DNA of 58,566 bases from Octopus bimaculoides (GCF_001194135.2 NC_068991.1:71842577-71901142); one strand, 5' to 3'; positions 1-11,821 are shown, counted from the stretch's first letter. Numbers and translations are program-made. Notes: a model not told the origin generated them from the sequence alone.

Positions 1-35
<35 letters not shown>

Positions 36-399
36 ATGCATGTATATGTATAAAGGCTTATATATATATATATTGGTTTGTTCACGTTCCCGTAACTTGG
101 TGGTTCGGCAAAAGAGACCGATAGAATAAGTACTAAGCTTACAAAGAATAAGTCCTGGTGCTCCAGCATGGCTGCAGTCAAATTATAGAAACAAGTAAAC
201 GAATAAAAGAATATATATAAAGATAGGGGGAGGGGATATATATTTTTATGTATATATTGATATTTGTGTGCGTGTATGTATGTATAGTTAATGTCAATTT
301 TACAATTGTATTTAGACGCAAGGCCATAATAGAGAGTGTCAAAGTATAGAGTTTGTGTGAAGTCCATATATTTGTAATCCTTCCACTGTCCGATTTAAC

Positions 400-610
400 A
401 CTACGGCCTGGCCCCTTGTGTGTCTTTGGCGATTCCCCGAAAAACGTTTATGGGTGAAAGGTGCAAAAGTGTGGCGGGGAGATGAGGGAATTTTTTTTTT
501 TTTTTTTTTTTTTGCCCGTTTTCCTATGCCTTGGCGTATGGGACTCTGGGATAACTATTCCAAAAGCTCCGCCGCCCGAGGTTGCCGGACTTCCTCTTCT
601 GACAAAGAAA
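400..610. promoter_or_regulatory. GC/CpG-rich unique patch, possible promoter or 5' UTR of a gene outside the window
   Basis: Non-repeat, CpG-retaining segment in an AT-rich background, with GGCGG boxes and a GGAAGT (ETS core) motif on the minus strand near 587-592. No convincing ORF. Confidence 0.2.
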
Positions 611-611
611 T

Positions 612-1325
612 AATAATAATCCTTTCTACTGAAGGCACAAGGCCTTGAAATTTTGGGGGAGGGGACTAGTTGATTACAACAACCTTTATCGACCCCGAAT
701 GGATGAATGGCAAAGTCGACTTCCAGGGAATTTGAACTCAGAACGTAAAGACGGACGAAATACCGTTAAACATTTTGCCCGACGTGTTAACGATTCTGTC
801 AGTTGATGATCTTTTTTACTATAGGCACAAGGCCTGAAATTTTGGCCGAGGGGGATAGTCGATTACATCGACCGCAGTGTTTCACTGGTACTTACTTCAA
901 CGACTCTGAAAGGATGAAAGTCAAAGTTGACCTCGGCGGATTTTGAACTCAGAACACGAAGACTGGCAAAATACCGCTTAACATTTTGCCGGGGTCCTAA
1001 CGATTCTACCAGCTCGCCACCTTAATAATAATAATACCAATAATCCTTTAAACTAAAGGCACAAGGCCTTAAATTTTATAGGAGGGGACTAGTCCATCTA
1101 CCCCAGTGTTTCACTGGTACTTAATTTATCGACCTCAGAAGGATGGAAGGCAAAGTCGACTTCGGCGGAATTTGAACTCAGAGCGTAAAGATGGAGATGC
1201 AGCGAAAGTAAAGAATAGGCACACCCGGTGTTTAGGATTAGGGGTTTTGTTACGCCGAAAACGGGTGGTGTACGTATTTTTTACCTCTGCCGGAAATGTC
1301 GCTAAGCATGTTGTCCGGCGTGTTA
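612..1325 (-). mobile_element. Three head-to-tail copies of tRNA-derived Meta/MESC-domain SINE (family C)
   Basis: Minus strand reads GGCGAGCTGG..GAGTTCAAATTCC (A/B-box-like), then GTCGACTTTGCCTTTCATCCTTTCGGGGTCGATAAATTAAGTACCAG (Meta-domain-like) and a (TTA)n tail. The third copy carries an insert of about 100 bp near 1195-1292. Confidence 0.8.
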
Positions 1326-1329
1326 ATTA

Positions 1330-1426
1330 ATGGTTCCCGATACCTTGGACAGGTGTCTTCTACTATAGCCCCGGATTGACCAATGCCTTAGTGAATTTGC
1401 TCGACGAAAACTATGGAAGCCCGTCA

Positions 1427-1460
<34 letters not shown>

Positions 1461-2870
1461 CTTGTTCCCCTTCCATTACTTGACAGCCAGTGTTGGTTTG
1501 TTTACGTCCATGTAGCATAGCCGTTCGGCAAAAAAAAAAAAACGCNNNNNNNNNNNNNNNNNNNNNNNNNNNNNNNNNNNNNNNNNNNNNNNNNNNNNNN
1601 NNNNNNNNNNNNNNNNNNNNNNNNNNNNNNNNNNNNNNNNNNNNNNNNNNNNNNNNNNNNNNNNNNNNNNNNNNNNNNNNNNNNNNNNNNNNNNNNNNNN
1701 NNNNNNNNNNNNNNNNNNNNNNNNNNNNNNNNNNNNNNNNNNNNNNNNNNNNNNNNNNNNNNNNNNNNNNNNNNNNNNNNNNNNNNNNNNNNNNNNNNNN
1801 NNNNNNNNNNNNNNNNNNNNNNNNNNNNNNNNNNNNNNNNNNNNNNNNNNNNNNNNNNNNNNNNNNNNNNNNNNNNNNNNNNNNNNNNNNNNNNNNNNNN
1901 NNNNNNNNNNNNNNNNNNNNNNNNNNNNNNNNNNNNNNNNNNNNNNNNNNNNNNNNNNNNNNNNNNNNNNNNNNNNNNNNNNNNNNNNNNNNNNNNNNNN
2001 NNNNNNNNNNNNNNNNNNNNNNNNNNNNNNNNNNNNNNNNNNNNNNNNNNNNNNNNNNNNNNNNNNNNNNNNNNNNNNNNNNNNNNNNNNNNNNNNNNNN
2101 NNNNNNNNNNNNNNNNNNNNNNNNNNNNNNNNNNNNNNNNNNNNNNNNNNNNNNNNNNNNNNNNNNNNNNNNNNNNNNNNNNNNNNNNNNNNNNNNNNNN
2201 NNNNNNNNNNNNNNNNNNNNNNNNNNNNNNNNNNNNNNNNNNNNNNNNNNNNNNNNNNNNNNNNNNNNNNNNNNNNNNNNNNNNNNNNNNNNNNNNNNNN
2301 AATGTATGTATTTGTGTGTTTGTGTTTGGCCCCACTTGACAACCGATGCTGGTGTGTTTACGTCCCTGTAACTTAGCGGTTCGGCAAAAGAGACCGATAC
2401 AATAAATACTAGGTTGACAAAGTATGCCCTTGGGTCGATTTGCTCGACTAAAGGCGGTGCTCCAGCATGGCCGCAATCAAATGACAAAAGTAAAGCATGA
2501 ATATATATGCACACACACACACACATTCACTCATATAGGCTCAGGCATGGCTGTGTGACTTCCCAACTCCGTGGTTTCGAGTTCAATCCCACTGAACACC
2601 ACCTTGAGCAAGTGTCTTCTACTGTAGCCTCGGGCCGACCAAAGCCTTGTGAAAGGATTTCGAAGGCGGAAACTGAAAGAAGTCCCTCATATCTTTGTTT
2701 GTGTGTGTTTCATCATCGCTTGACAACTAGTGTTGGTGTGTTTACGTCCTCGCAACTTAGCAGTTCGGCAAAAGAGAAACCTATAAAAAATAAGTACTGG
2801 GGTCAATTCATCCGTCTAAAAACTCTTCAAGGCGGTGCTGCAACATGGCCACAGTCTAATGACTATAACT
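1330..2870 (+). mobile_element. Cluster of family A tRNA-SINE copies (about 1330-1545, 2301-2500, 2535-2870; also a 3' half at 74-212), split by a gap
   Basis: Matches the window-wide family A consensus: ccttgggcaagtgtcttctactatagcc..., internal microsatellite, tail aagagaccgatagaataagtact...ggcggtgctccagcatggcc. Confidence 0.8.
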
Positions 2871-3168
2871 TGTTGTTGTTGGCACTCCGTCGCTTACGAC
2901 GACGAGGGTTCCAGTTGATCCGATCAGCGGAACAGCCTGCTCGTGAAATTAACGTGCAAGTGGCTGAGCACTCCACAGACACGTGTACCCNNNNNNNNNN
3001 TGTGGTGAAAGAGTACAGCAGGGTTCGCCACCCAACCCCGCCGGAGCCTTGTGGAACTTTGGGTGTTTTCGCTCAATAAACACTCACAACGCCCGGTCTG
3101 GGAATCGAAACCGCGATCCTATGGCCGCGAGTCCGCTGCCCTAACCACTGGGCCATTGCGCCTCCACT
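2871..3168 (-). mobile_element. tRNA(Arg)-like SINE, OR-type with RTE-like tail (family B)
   Basis: Minus strand GGAGGCGCAATGGCCCAGTGGTTAGGGCAGCGGACTCGCGG..GGTTTCGATTCCC tRNA-like head; tail ...GTCGTAAGCGACGGAGTGCC(AAC)n. The OR assignment is from recalled literature. Confidence 0.75.
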
Positions 3169-3692
3169 AATGACTACAACAAACAAAAGATAAAAGACAG
3201 CTACGCGCGCGCACATGCGTTCTATGACACAACTATGTTATGCAAAGGGCACTGCTATTAAGTCAGCTGTTTAGAAATCTGACAAGAACTGCATACAGGC
3301 AATGCATGTTGTTTAGCTGACACAGGACAGGGGCAGCACTTGTAGGGGATACTTAAGATCAATAACATTCTATCCGTGCCCACGCTGTCCTTTTAAGGCA
3401 CGATGAGGTGATTTCCGCGATATTTGGCTACTACTTCTGGTGTGTGTGTGTACACACATGCACATATACAAACACATACATATATGTGCATAAACACACA
3501 CTATATATATATACACACTCACAAACATATGTATATGTGTATATATAAGTATATACGCATAAATGTGTGTGTGTCTGTGTGTGTAAGTATTGCGTTTCAC
3601 CCTCTGACCGAGAACTGAAGGAGTTGGTGACCTGTGTTTTCCGTTCGTCTGAGTGTTTAGTATATGTCTGTATGTTATTTTATAATACGTTT

Positions 3693-3728
<36 letters not shown>

Positions 3729-3731
<3 letters not shown>

Positions 3732-4105
3732 GCGCAGGAGTGGCTGTGTAGTAAGTAGTTAGCTTACCAACCACATGGTTCCGGGTTCAGTCCCACTGCG
3801 TGGTATCTTGGTCAAGTGTCTTCTACTATAGCCTTTGTGAGTGGATTTGGTAGACGGAAACTGAAAGAAGCCCGTCATATATATATATAAGTGAATGGGC
3901 GTGTTTGTGTCTGTATTTGCCACCCCACGCCCTAACATCGCTTGACAACCGATGCTGGTGTGTTTACGTCCCCGTAGCTTGGCAAAAGAGACCGACAGAA
4001 TAAGTACTAGGCTTACAAAGCGTAAGTTCTGGGGTCGATTTGCTCGACTAAAGGCGGTGCTCCAGCATGGCCACGGTCAAATGACTGGAAAAAATAAAAG
4101 AATAT
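3729..4105 (+). mobile_element. Full-length family A tRNA-SINE
   Basis: Head GGCGCAGGAGTGGCTGTGTAGTAAG..GGTTCAGTCCC, central microsatellite and complete tail. Confidence 0.85.
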
Positions 4106-4184
4106 AAAGGTATGTCATATTTTCCGTTTGTTGTCTTTTTACTTAATCCTGAAAATATATACATATATATAATATATATATACA

Positions 4185-4642
4185 CAGGGTGATTGAAAAG
4201 TGACTCTCTATTTTAAAATACTTATAAATTATTTAACTAATTCTTTTCTAAAATTCTTTGAAGTATGAGAATTTATTCTTTAATTGTATTGCTCTTGTCG
4301 TTCGTGACTGGCCGAATACCCACTTCCCCAGGCGATGGATGGGTCGTCGTGGTCCGCATTAGTCACCCCGTGACATCTTTTTGTGGGGTTGATAAAGAAC
4401 TTGAAGGGCGAATATGAGAAGTTATGTCTTCTTCCATCTCCCAAGAGTTCCTGGTGGAATCAGTTGGTGCAATTCCTGGGTGACTCAAGAAGCTGGTGGC
4501 GACACCTGGAGCCCATATCGAACTTTAGATAAAACCTCATACTAAAAGCTTCTCATATCCATTTTTTTTTTTTTTTTTGTAAAAATTACAATTAATAATT
4601 AATTTGTATTTTAAAATAGGGAGTTACTTTTCAATCACCCTG
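4185..4642 (+). mobile_element. Internally deleted Tc1/mariner-superfamily DNA transposon
   Basis: TIRs CAGGGTGATTGAAAAGT(G/A)ACTC(T/C)CTATTTTAAAATAC at both ends, with TA at the right flank. Remnant RDWPNTHFPRRWMGRRGPH*SPRDIFLWG (from 4303) resembles the FPxRWIGR..SPDLTPLDFFLWG transposase motif; AIPG*LKKLVATPGAHIEL* (4469-4528) resembles the C-terminus. Confidence 0.85.
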
Positions 4643-4764
4643 TATATTTATATACACACACACAGACATACATACATACATACATACATACATACATACA
4701 TACATACATGCATATGCATTTATGTACATTTGTTATGCATACCTATTTTTGCCAATTAAGTAAA

Positions 4765-4882
4765 CTGGACTAATGTGAAATAAAGTGTCCTGCTTAAGGA
4801 TATAACACGCCCCCAGGAATCGAAACCACGCCTTCACGTTCGTGAACCGAATATGCTAACCACTAAACCATGCGCTTTCACG
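4765..4882 (-). mobile_element. tRNA-SINE head (family D)
   Basis: Minus strand GAAAGCGCATGGTTTAGTGGTTAGC..GGTTTCGATTCCTG.., similar to the 18378 copy. Confidence 0.65.
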
Positions 4883-5045
4883 TATCTACAAATATACGTA
4901 TGTGCATCCTTCCCCCCCCCCTTCTCTCTCTGTATCATCATGATCATATTTTAACGTCCGTTTTTCGAGCTGCACCAGGTTCCAGTCTGTGTATTAGGTG
5001 TTCTTAACGTGACACCGGCACCGAGTGCTTCTTACGTGGCACAGG

Positions 5046-5082
<37 letters not shown>

Positions 5083-5217
5083 GTAATAATCCTTTGGACG
5101 ATAACTGAAGTGGATTTAACGACATTCTGTTTGTTCCGTTTATACTTCTGTGTACTATTTTGAACATATTATTTAATGTAACGCGACGCACCTTCTTATT
5201 TCGTTAACATTCTGTGA

Positions 5218-5255
<38 letters not shown>

Positions 5256-5479
5256 TAGATAGATAGATAGATAGATACATACATACATAGATATACACAT
5301 ACGAACACGCACACACATTTTCCTTTATGTGCTCGCTCCTCAACTTGTTAGAAATAGCAGCCATACCATACAAATCACGCTACTTTCTTTAAAATGAAAT
5401 GTCGCATATTGAAACAATAAGGGGGAGGGGTAGAAAGAAAGGCACGTGGTTTGCACAGAACTGGTCATAGGCTTTGATG

Positions 5480-5730
5480 ATCATAGACCGTTAAGTTACA
5501 GGGGCATAAACAAAATCAGCCCTATTTTTCAAGCAGCGGGGGTACAAACACACACGTATACACACGGCGGGCTTCTACATAGCATCCATCTACCAAATTT
5601 GCACACGGGACATTGGTTGGCCTGAAGCTATAATAGAAGATACTTGCTCAAAGTGCCGCGCAGCGGGACGGATCCCGAAATCCCGTCGTTGCGAAGCGAG
5701 CTTCTTAATCACATAGCCATATCTGTACCT
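5480..5730 (-). mobile_element. Diverged family A SINE
   Basis: Degenerate match to the family A head and body on the minus strand. Confidence 0.65.
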
Positions 5731-6114
5731 ATGTCCGGTTTAAAAGATCGTTAAGTGGAATTTGAGGGATTTTGACTGTAATTTCTTGCAGATAGAAGAG
5801 CAATAACGAAGAGACTCAATCGTTGGCATAGCTGTTACATGTAGATACGACACAGTTATGTAACTAACTCATGTAGGCAGCGGGAATACAGTGCAATTGA
5901 CGAACAGACCGTTCGATGGTAGCACTAAGTCAAACTCTTCTCACGTGAAAGCTAACTGCGATAGACACTGGCGGTATAACCAGGAGGTGTCTTTCACATC
6001 TTCACTACGGGAAACTAGAGTTATTGGTTTTAAATTTCGTCACAAGGCCAGCAATTTCAGGTAGTGAGAAGAAATTGATGACATCGACCCCGAAAGGCTG
6101 AAAGGCAAAATTAA

Positions 6115-6404
6115 GGATCTTTTTTAAAACGGGGGCCACATTTTTCATTAATGTTTTACGTAGTGTTTTTGGTACGGAAAGACTTTCAAACTTCGTATAC
6201 TTATCTATTTTGTGTTATAGAACAGAAAAATATTTTTGTATTCGAATTTATTTCATGTAAAAAATTGTCTTATTTCGACAATTTCAACCAATCACTGACG
6301 TCCATTCAGTCGATATACATTAAGTGCCGACTACATAAACAAACGATTCTTCGTTTTATTTGCTTTTTTCATTTTAAATTTGCTTTAACCCTAACCCTAA
6401 CCCT
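6115..6404 (+). mobile_element. Left part of a TIR element (same family as 10131-10759), truncated by a gap at a (CCCTAA)n tract
   Basis: Begins GGATCTTTTTTAAAACGGGGGCCACA and is nearly identical to 10131-10315. Ends in TAACCCTAACCCTAACCCT at the gap. Confidence 0.8.
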
Positions 6405-7033
6405 NNNNNNNNNNNNNNNNNNNNNNNNNNNNNNNNNNNNNNNNNNNNNNNNNNNNNNNNNNNNNNNNNNNNNNNNNNNNNNNNNNNNNNNNNNNNNNNN
6501 NNNNNNNNNNNNNNNNNNNNNNNNNNNNNNNNNNNNNNNNNNNNNNNNNNNNNNNNNNNNNNNNNNNNNNNNNNNNNNNNNNNNNNNNNNNNNNNNNNNN
6601 NNNNNNNNNNNNNNNNNNNNNNNNNNNNNNNNNNNNNNNNNNNNNNNNNNNNNNNNNNNNNNNNNNNNNNNNNNNNNNNNNNNNNNNNNNNNNNNNNNNN
6701 NNNNNNNNNNNNNNNNNNNNNNNNNNNNNNNNNNNNNNNNNNNNNNNNNNNNNNNNNNNNNNNNNNNNNNNNNNNNNNNNNNNNNNNNNNNNNNNNNNNN
6801 NNNNNNNNNNNNNNNNNNNNNNNNNNNNNNNNNNNNNNNNNNNNNNNNNNNNNNNNNNNNNNNNNNNNNNNNNNNNNNNNNNNNNNNNNNNNNNNNNNNN
6901 NNNNNNNNNNNNNNNNNNNNNNNNNNNNNNNNNNNNNNNNNNNNNNNNNNNNNNNNNNNNNNNNNNNNNNNNNNNNNNNNNNNNNNNNNNNNNNNNNNNN
7001 NNNNNNNNNNNNNNNNNNNNNNNNNNNNNNNNN

Positions 7034-7310
7034 ACAAATGCCAAAGCAAGAGATGTATGTAACAAGCGAGAGCGTGCTTCATTTGGAGTAGGAAGCGGCC
7101 TGTGGCTCGGGTTTCTGGAAACAGCAACAATTCGCAGCAGAAAACGGCATCAGGAGCGATGCGGATTTTGAAAAGTGTTGTGATGGTTGAATCCCATCTG
7201 CTGTAGGTATGGCTTGGAGACGGATGGGATCCACCAAATAGAATTTTCCTCATAGAGCTTCTCAGTTCGTTCCACTTGCAACACAACCCCTCAAAAAAGT
7301 TGCCCATCAT
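7034..7310 (-). CDS. Candidate first coding exon of an unrecognised minus-strand gene (MMGNFFEGLCCK..., open for about 92 codons into the gap)
   Basis: Unique CpG-retaining sequence with an ATG after an A-rich leader. Upstream are a CT-rich 5'UTR-like stretch (7310-7690) and TATAAAA at 7697-7703 (minus). No homology recognised. Confidence 0.3.
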
Positions 7311-8208
7311 CGTTTTTTTTTTCTTTTCTTTTCTTTTCTTGATATTTTTCTTAAAGAATATCGAAGGAGTTTTAGGGTAAGTAGGAGCAGAAAATGAGAA
7401 ATCGGGGGAAATGGAAACTAGACGGATGTAGGGTTAGGGTAAACAATAAAGAAAGGAAAGAGGACGGAGAAAAGAGTGTGTGACTGTAAGGGAAAGTGAG
7501 AGGGAGGGAGGGAGCGTAATTGGAGACTGAGAAAGATAGATTAGTATGACGACAGTGAGAATGTGTTTTGGTACAACCGGGGAAGAAAAGAAGGAAGGAA
7601 GAAAGTGTGTAACTGTGCGAGAGAGAGAGGGAGATTTGATCATGTTTGGAGACAGCATAAGGGACATGTTGAGGCAAAAAAACAAAAACTCCAGCATTTT
7701 ATAGCTTGACAAATGCTTCGACAGCAAATGTGTAGCGTACATCTGTCCAAACCATGATTATCATTGAAAGAAAAAGAACAAAAAATGATAAAACGTTAGC
7801 TACATGAGGATACCATTATCACCTGTCTGATTTCACTAGCTTTGCAGCCATTGCCGTGTAAAAAAATGGTGGGGTTTATCCGCCGCACCTTGTACAGTAA
7901 AGCGAAGCAGAGAGACAGAAAGAGGAAATATTTGGTTACTGACTATTGAAGAAGATATAGTAAGAGAGAAGGGTGAACGAAATTAAGAAAACATAGTGAA
8001 AAAGAGTAAGAATATATGGTTACAGACGACTTAGGAATAAACAGTGTGTGAGAAAGAGACAGAGACAGGATGTATGCCAACGGATTATTCAGGAAGATAC
8101 AGTAATATACTTAATGTTAAAAAACACTGTATTTCTGTGTATATCTCTAAAATTTGTTTGCATAATTCATTCCATATTCAGATGAACCCTGTCGTTTCCG
8201 ACGGATAC

Positions 8209-8578
8209 TGTTGTTGGCACTCCGTCGCTTACGACGTCGAGGGTTCCAGTTGATCCGACCAACGGAACAGCCTGCTCGTGAAATTAACGTGCAAGTGGCT
8301 GAGCACTCCACAGACACGTTTACCCTTAACGTAGTTCTCGGGGAGATTCAGCGTGACACAGAGTGTGACAAGACTGACCCTTTGAATTACGGGCACAACA
8401 GAAACAGGAAGTAAGAGTGAGAGAAAGTTGTGGTGAAAGAATACAGCAGGGTTCGCCACCATCCCCGCCGGATCCTCGTGGAGCTTTAGGTGTTTTCGCT
8501 CAATAAACACTCACAACGCCCGGTTTGGGAATCGAAACCGCGAGTCCGCTGCCCTAAACACTGGGCAATTGCGCCTCC
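8209..8578 (-). mobile_element. Family B (OR-type) SINE, full length
   Basis: Same head, body and tail as 2871-3168 and 54302-54678. Confidence 0.8.
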
Positions 8579-8724
8579 TCCGACGGATACTATATTAGTT
8601 TTAAATAATCGGTCACTATATTTACAATGAACATGTATGCAACATAAAATAACATACAGACCATGACGATCTGTTAGAAATCAACGAAACAAGGTACAGG
8701 GTTGAGCAATATTAGTGAAGTTTA

Positions 8725-8890
8725 ACCGTTTACAGAAAAAAAATCTTCCATCGGTGCTTCTTTAGCGTACCGCAACATCCGTGGTCTTTGCTGTGAAACG
8801 ACCCGGTCTGGATTAGGGTTTAAGGTTAGGATTGGGTTTGGATTTAAGATTAGGGATAGGGTCAGACAATACGCTAAAGTGGCACCTTTT
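8725..8890. mobile_element. Helentron/HINE-like non-autonomous element with a degenerate TTAGGG-like tract
   Basis: 17-bp inverted repeat GGTGCTTCTTTAGCGTA (8753-8769) / TACGCTAAAGTGGCACC (8870-8886) brackets ..GATTAGGGTTTAAGGTTAGGATTGGG.. and ends in a T-run. Confidence 0.45.
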
Positions 8891-8915
8891 TGTCTTTTAC
8901 TTGAAGGGTTTAGTC

Positions 8916-9164
8916 CAGTGGTTCTCAACGGGGGCCATTTGACCCTTGAGGATCCAAATAAGATATTGCTGTTAAGGTCTAGGTGCAATAAATTGGATAT
9001 ACTTCTACAGTATACAAAATATTTTCACAATTTTTTAATACAATTCTTAATAATATTTAATAATGAAAATAATGTAGAATTTTTTAATGGTTATGAGGGT
9101 CCCACCCCCTGAGTAGAATGGGAATCAAAGGGGTCCATAGGCAAAAAATATTTGAGAACCCCTG
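8916..9164. mobile_element. hAT-type MITE inserted in a family A SINE tail
   Basis: TIRs CAGTGGTTCTCAA / TTGAGAACCCCTG; 8-bp TSD GTTTAGTC (8908-8915) / GTTTAGCC (9165-9172). A partial copy lies at about 16845-16976. Confidence 0.85.
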
Positions 9165-9169
9165 GTTTA

Positions 9170-9480
9170 GCCGAACAAATCGACCCTAGTACTTATTTTA
9201 AAATAAAATTTAAAAAACTTTGATAGCCTGTCGGCTCTTTTTGGGACGTAAACAAACAAACACTTGTAGTGGTGGTAGAGAGACAAAGACACACACATTC
9301 AACGGACTTCCCCATTAGTTTCCATCTGCCAAAGTCACACGCAAGTCATTAATCGATGAGATGCTAATAGTGTAAGATGCTCGCGCAAGATGCTGCGCAA
9401 TGATACCGAACCCGAAACTTCGTGGTTGCAAAGCGAGCTTCTTAATCAGAAAGTCAGATCCGCGCCTATGCAATTTTTCC
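9170..9480 (-). mobile_element. Diverged family A SINE
   Basis: Minus-strand match to family A. Confidence 0.65.
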
Positions 9481-9659
9481 TTCTTTTGATTTTCACTTCC
9501 CCCACAACCCTCCGTTGTGTTCAAATTTCTTTACAATTTAAATCAACATTTTGACACTTTTATAGTGCCATAGCTGAATAATCCAAAGACTGAAATTCTG
9601 CAACTATTCCAAAAGTGGTGCTTCAAACACAAGCGTTATATATTATTTTCTTTTTTAAA

Positions 9660-10905
9660 TATTGGTTTCAGATTTTGGCACTAGGCCAGCAATTTCGGTG
9701 AGGGGCGTGGGATAAGTCGATTACATCAACCCCAGTGCTTGACTAGTACTTATTTTATCGACCCCGAAAAGATGGACAAAGTTGACCGACCCCGGCGGAA
9801 TTTGAACTCAGAACGTAAAGACAGACGCAATGCCGCTTAGCACTTTGCTCGGCGTGCTAACGATTCTACCAGCTCGCCTCAATTCCGCATAAATAATAAT
9901 GATTCTTTCTACAACTGATACAAGGCCTGAAATTTTGAGGGGAGGCTGAATTCGATTACATCGATCCCAGTGCTCAACAGGTACTTATTCTGTCGACCCC
10001 GAAAGGGTAGAAAGCAAAGTCGAACTCGGCGGGATTTGAACTTAGAAAGTAACGAGTCGGGAAAAATGCTGCCAAGCATTTGTCTCCTACGCTCTAACGA
10101 TTCTGCCAGCTCGCCGCCTTAACAATTCTTGGATCTTTTTTAAAACGGGGGCCACAGTTTTCATTAATGTTTTACGTAGTGTTTTTGGTACCGAAAGACT
10201 TTCAAACTTCGTATACTTATCTATTTTGTGTTATAGAACAGAAAAATATTTTTGTATTCGAATTTATTTCATGTAAAAAATTGTCTTATTTCGATAATTT
10301 CAACCAATCACTGACAAGTATTCAGTTGTTTACATTTACTCCTTTGGCTGATTAAGCGATGTAAAGCGTATTTAATCTCCATACCTTCGTTTTATTTGCT
10401 TTTTTCATTTTAAATTTGCTTTAACCCTAACCCTAACCCTAACCCTAGGGTTAGAGTTAGGGTTAATTGTTTCAGAATCGTTTGTTTATGTAGTCGGCAC
10501 TTAATGTATATCGGCTGAATGGACATCAGTGATTGGTTGAANNNNNNNNNNNNNNNNNNNNNNNNNNNNNNNNNNNNNNNNNNNNNNNNNNNNNNNNNNN
10601 NNNNNNNNNNNNNNNNNNNNNNNNNNNNNNTTATGGATTTCTTTTTTTTTTTAAGAAGACTAAGAGAAAAAGATGTTTTATATGACACATTCTACCAGTG
10701 TTCCAAGTTTCAAAGTGTTTCGTTAATGAAAAATGTGGCCCCCGTTTTAAAAAAGATCCCAATTCTTTGTACTACAGGCACAAGGCCTGAAATTTTGGGA
10801 GAGGGGCCTACTCGTTTACACCAACCCCAATGCTCAACTGGAACTTATTTCATCCACCATGAAAGGATGAAAAGTAAAGTCGACCTCGGTGGAATTTGAA
10901 CTCAG
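9660..10905 (-). mobile_element. Tandem family C (Meta-domain) SINEs (about 9660-9880, 9895-10120, 10770-10905), interrupted by the TIR element
   Basis: Repeated Meta-domain and B-box motifs with AAT-rich spacers. Confidence 0.8.
10131..10759. mobile_element. Non-autonomous TIR transposon with an 8-bp TSD and an internal telomere-repeat palindrome
   Basis: TIR GGATCTTTTTTAAAACGGGGGCCACA..TTTTCATTAA at both ends; TSD CAATTCTT at 10123-10130 and 10760-10767; internal (CCCTAA)n-TAGGGTTAGAGTTAGGG. Superfamily unresolved (GG-start and 8-bp TSD suggest Merlin- or Mutator-like). Confidence 0.85.
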
Positions 10906-10994
10906 CTAACGACAACCAAAAACACCGACAACGGCTAAATGTGTATATCGCTGATAAATATTTATCCAAAATTCCGAAATCATAGGTAGAAATA

Positions 10995-11375
10995 TTTTCG
11001 AGTGGCTGTGTGATAAATAGCTTGCTTACCAACCACATGGTTCCGGGTTCAGTCCCACTGCTTGGCACCTTGGACAATTGTTTTCTATAGCCTCGGGCCG
11101 ACCAAAGCTTTGAGTGGATTTGGTAGACGGAAACTGAAAGAAGCCCGTCATATATATATATACATATATATGTGTGTGTGTTTGTCCCCCCCCCCACCAT
11201 CGCTTGATAACCGATGGTGGTGTGTTTACGTCCCGTAACTTAGCAAAAAAAACGATAGAATAAGTACTAGGCTTACAAAGAATAAGTCCTGGGGGTCGAT
11301 TTGCTCGACTATAAAAGCGGTGCTCCAGCATGGCCGCAGTCAAATGACTGAAACAAGTAAAAGAGATAAAAGAGA
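10995..11375 (+). mobile_element. Full-length family A SINE
   Basis: Head, microsatellite and tail all present. Confidence 0.85.
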
Positions 11376-11634
11376 GTCACTTAAGCGAAACTAGGTTATA
11401 TTGGTACAAATTAGTGATAATCATACATTAAAGAACAAACAATTTTGTGTCTTCTCAGACTTTGAACGCGGACACCTGGAAAACCCCTAATGGCAGACCA
11501 GCTGTTGAGAACCGCTGCCCCAGATACTCTACAGGAAGAATTAATTTTGCAGTGGTACCCTTCCCGACCCAACCCTAACAGGACAGGATCCTGTTTAAAT
11601 CGTTTCTGTCATTTTCAGTAATCTAACACCTTAC

Positions 11635-11676
11635 CACGTGACTCCTTAATTCCTAATAGTTTCGTCTCTTTGATGT
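11635..11676 (-). CDS. Candidate 42-nt coding exon (phase 1-1: (D)IKETKLLGIKESR)
   Basis: Acceptor ttcctcttcccaaaacag, donor GTG|gtaagg. Joins in frame to the 11822-11879 exon over a 145-bp intron. Confidence 0.35.
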
Positions 11677-11821
11677 CTGTTTTGGGAAGAGGAACCGATT
11701 TCAAACGGGACTTGATATGTCATATTTTATGTTTTCAAATTTCTGGAATTCTGACCCAGTTATTGGTGTGATTTCGTCGAGTATGGAGGTGGGGATCGCG
11801 TATACGCACTTCGCCACTCAC

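Noticed and set aside
6385-10465. (CCCTAA)n tracts as a telomere or chromosome-fusion site
   Set aside because: The tracts are short and internal to a TIR element, and CCCTAA-then-TTAGGG is the opposite order to an end-to-end fusion.
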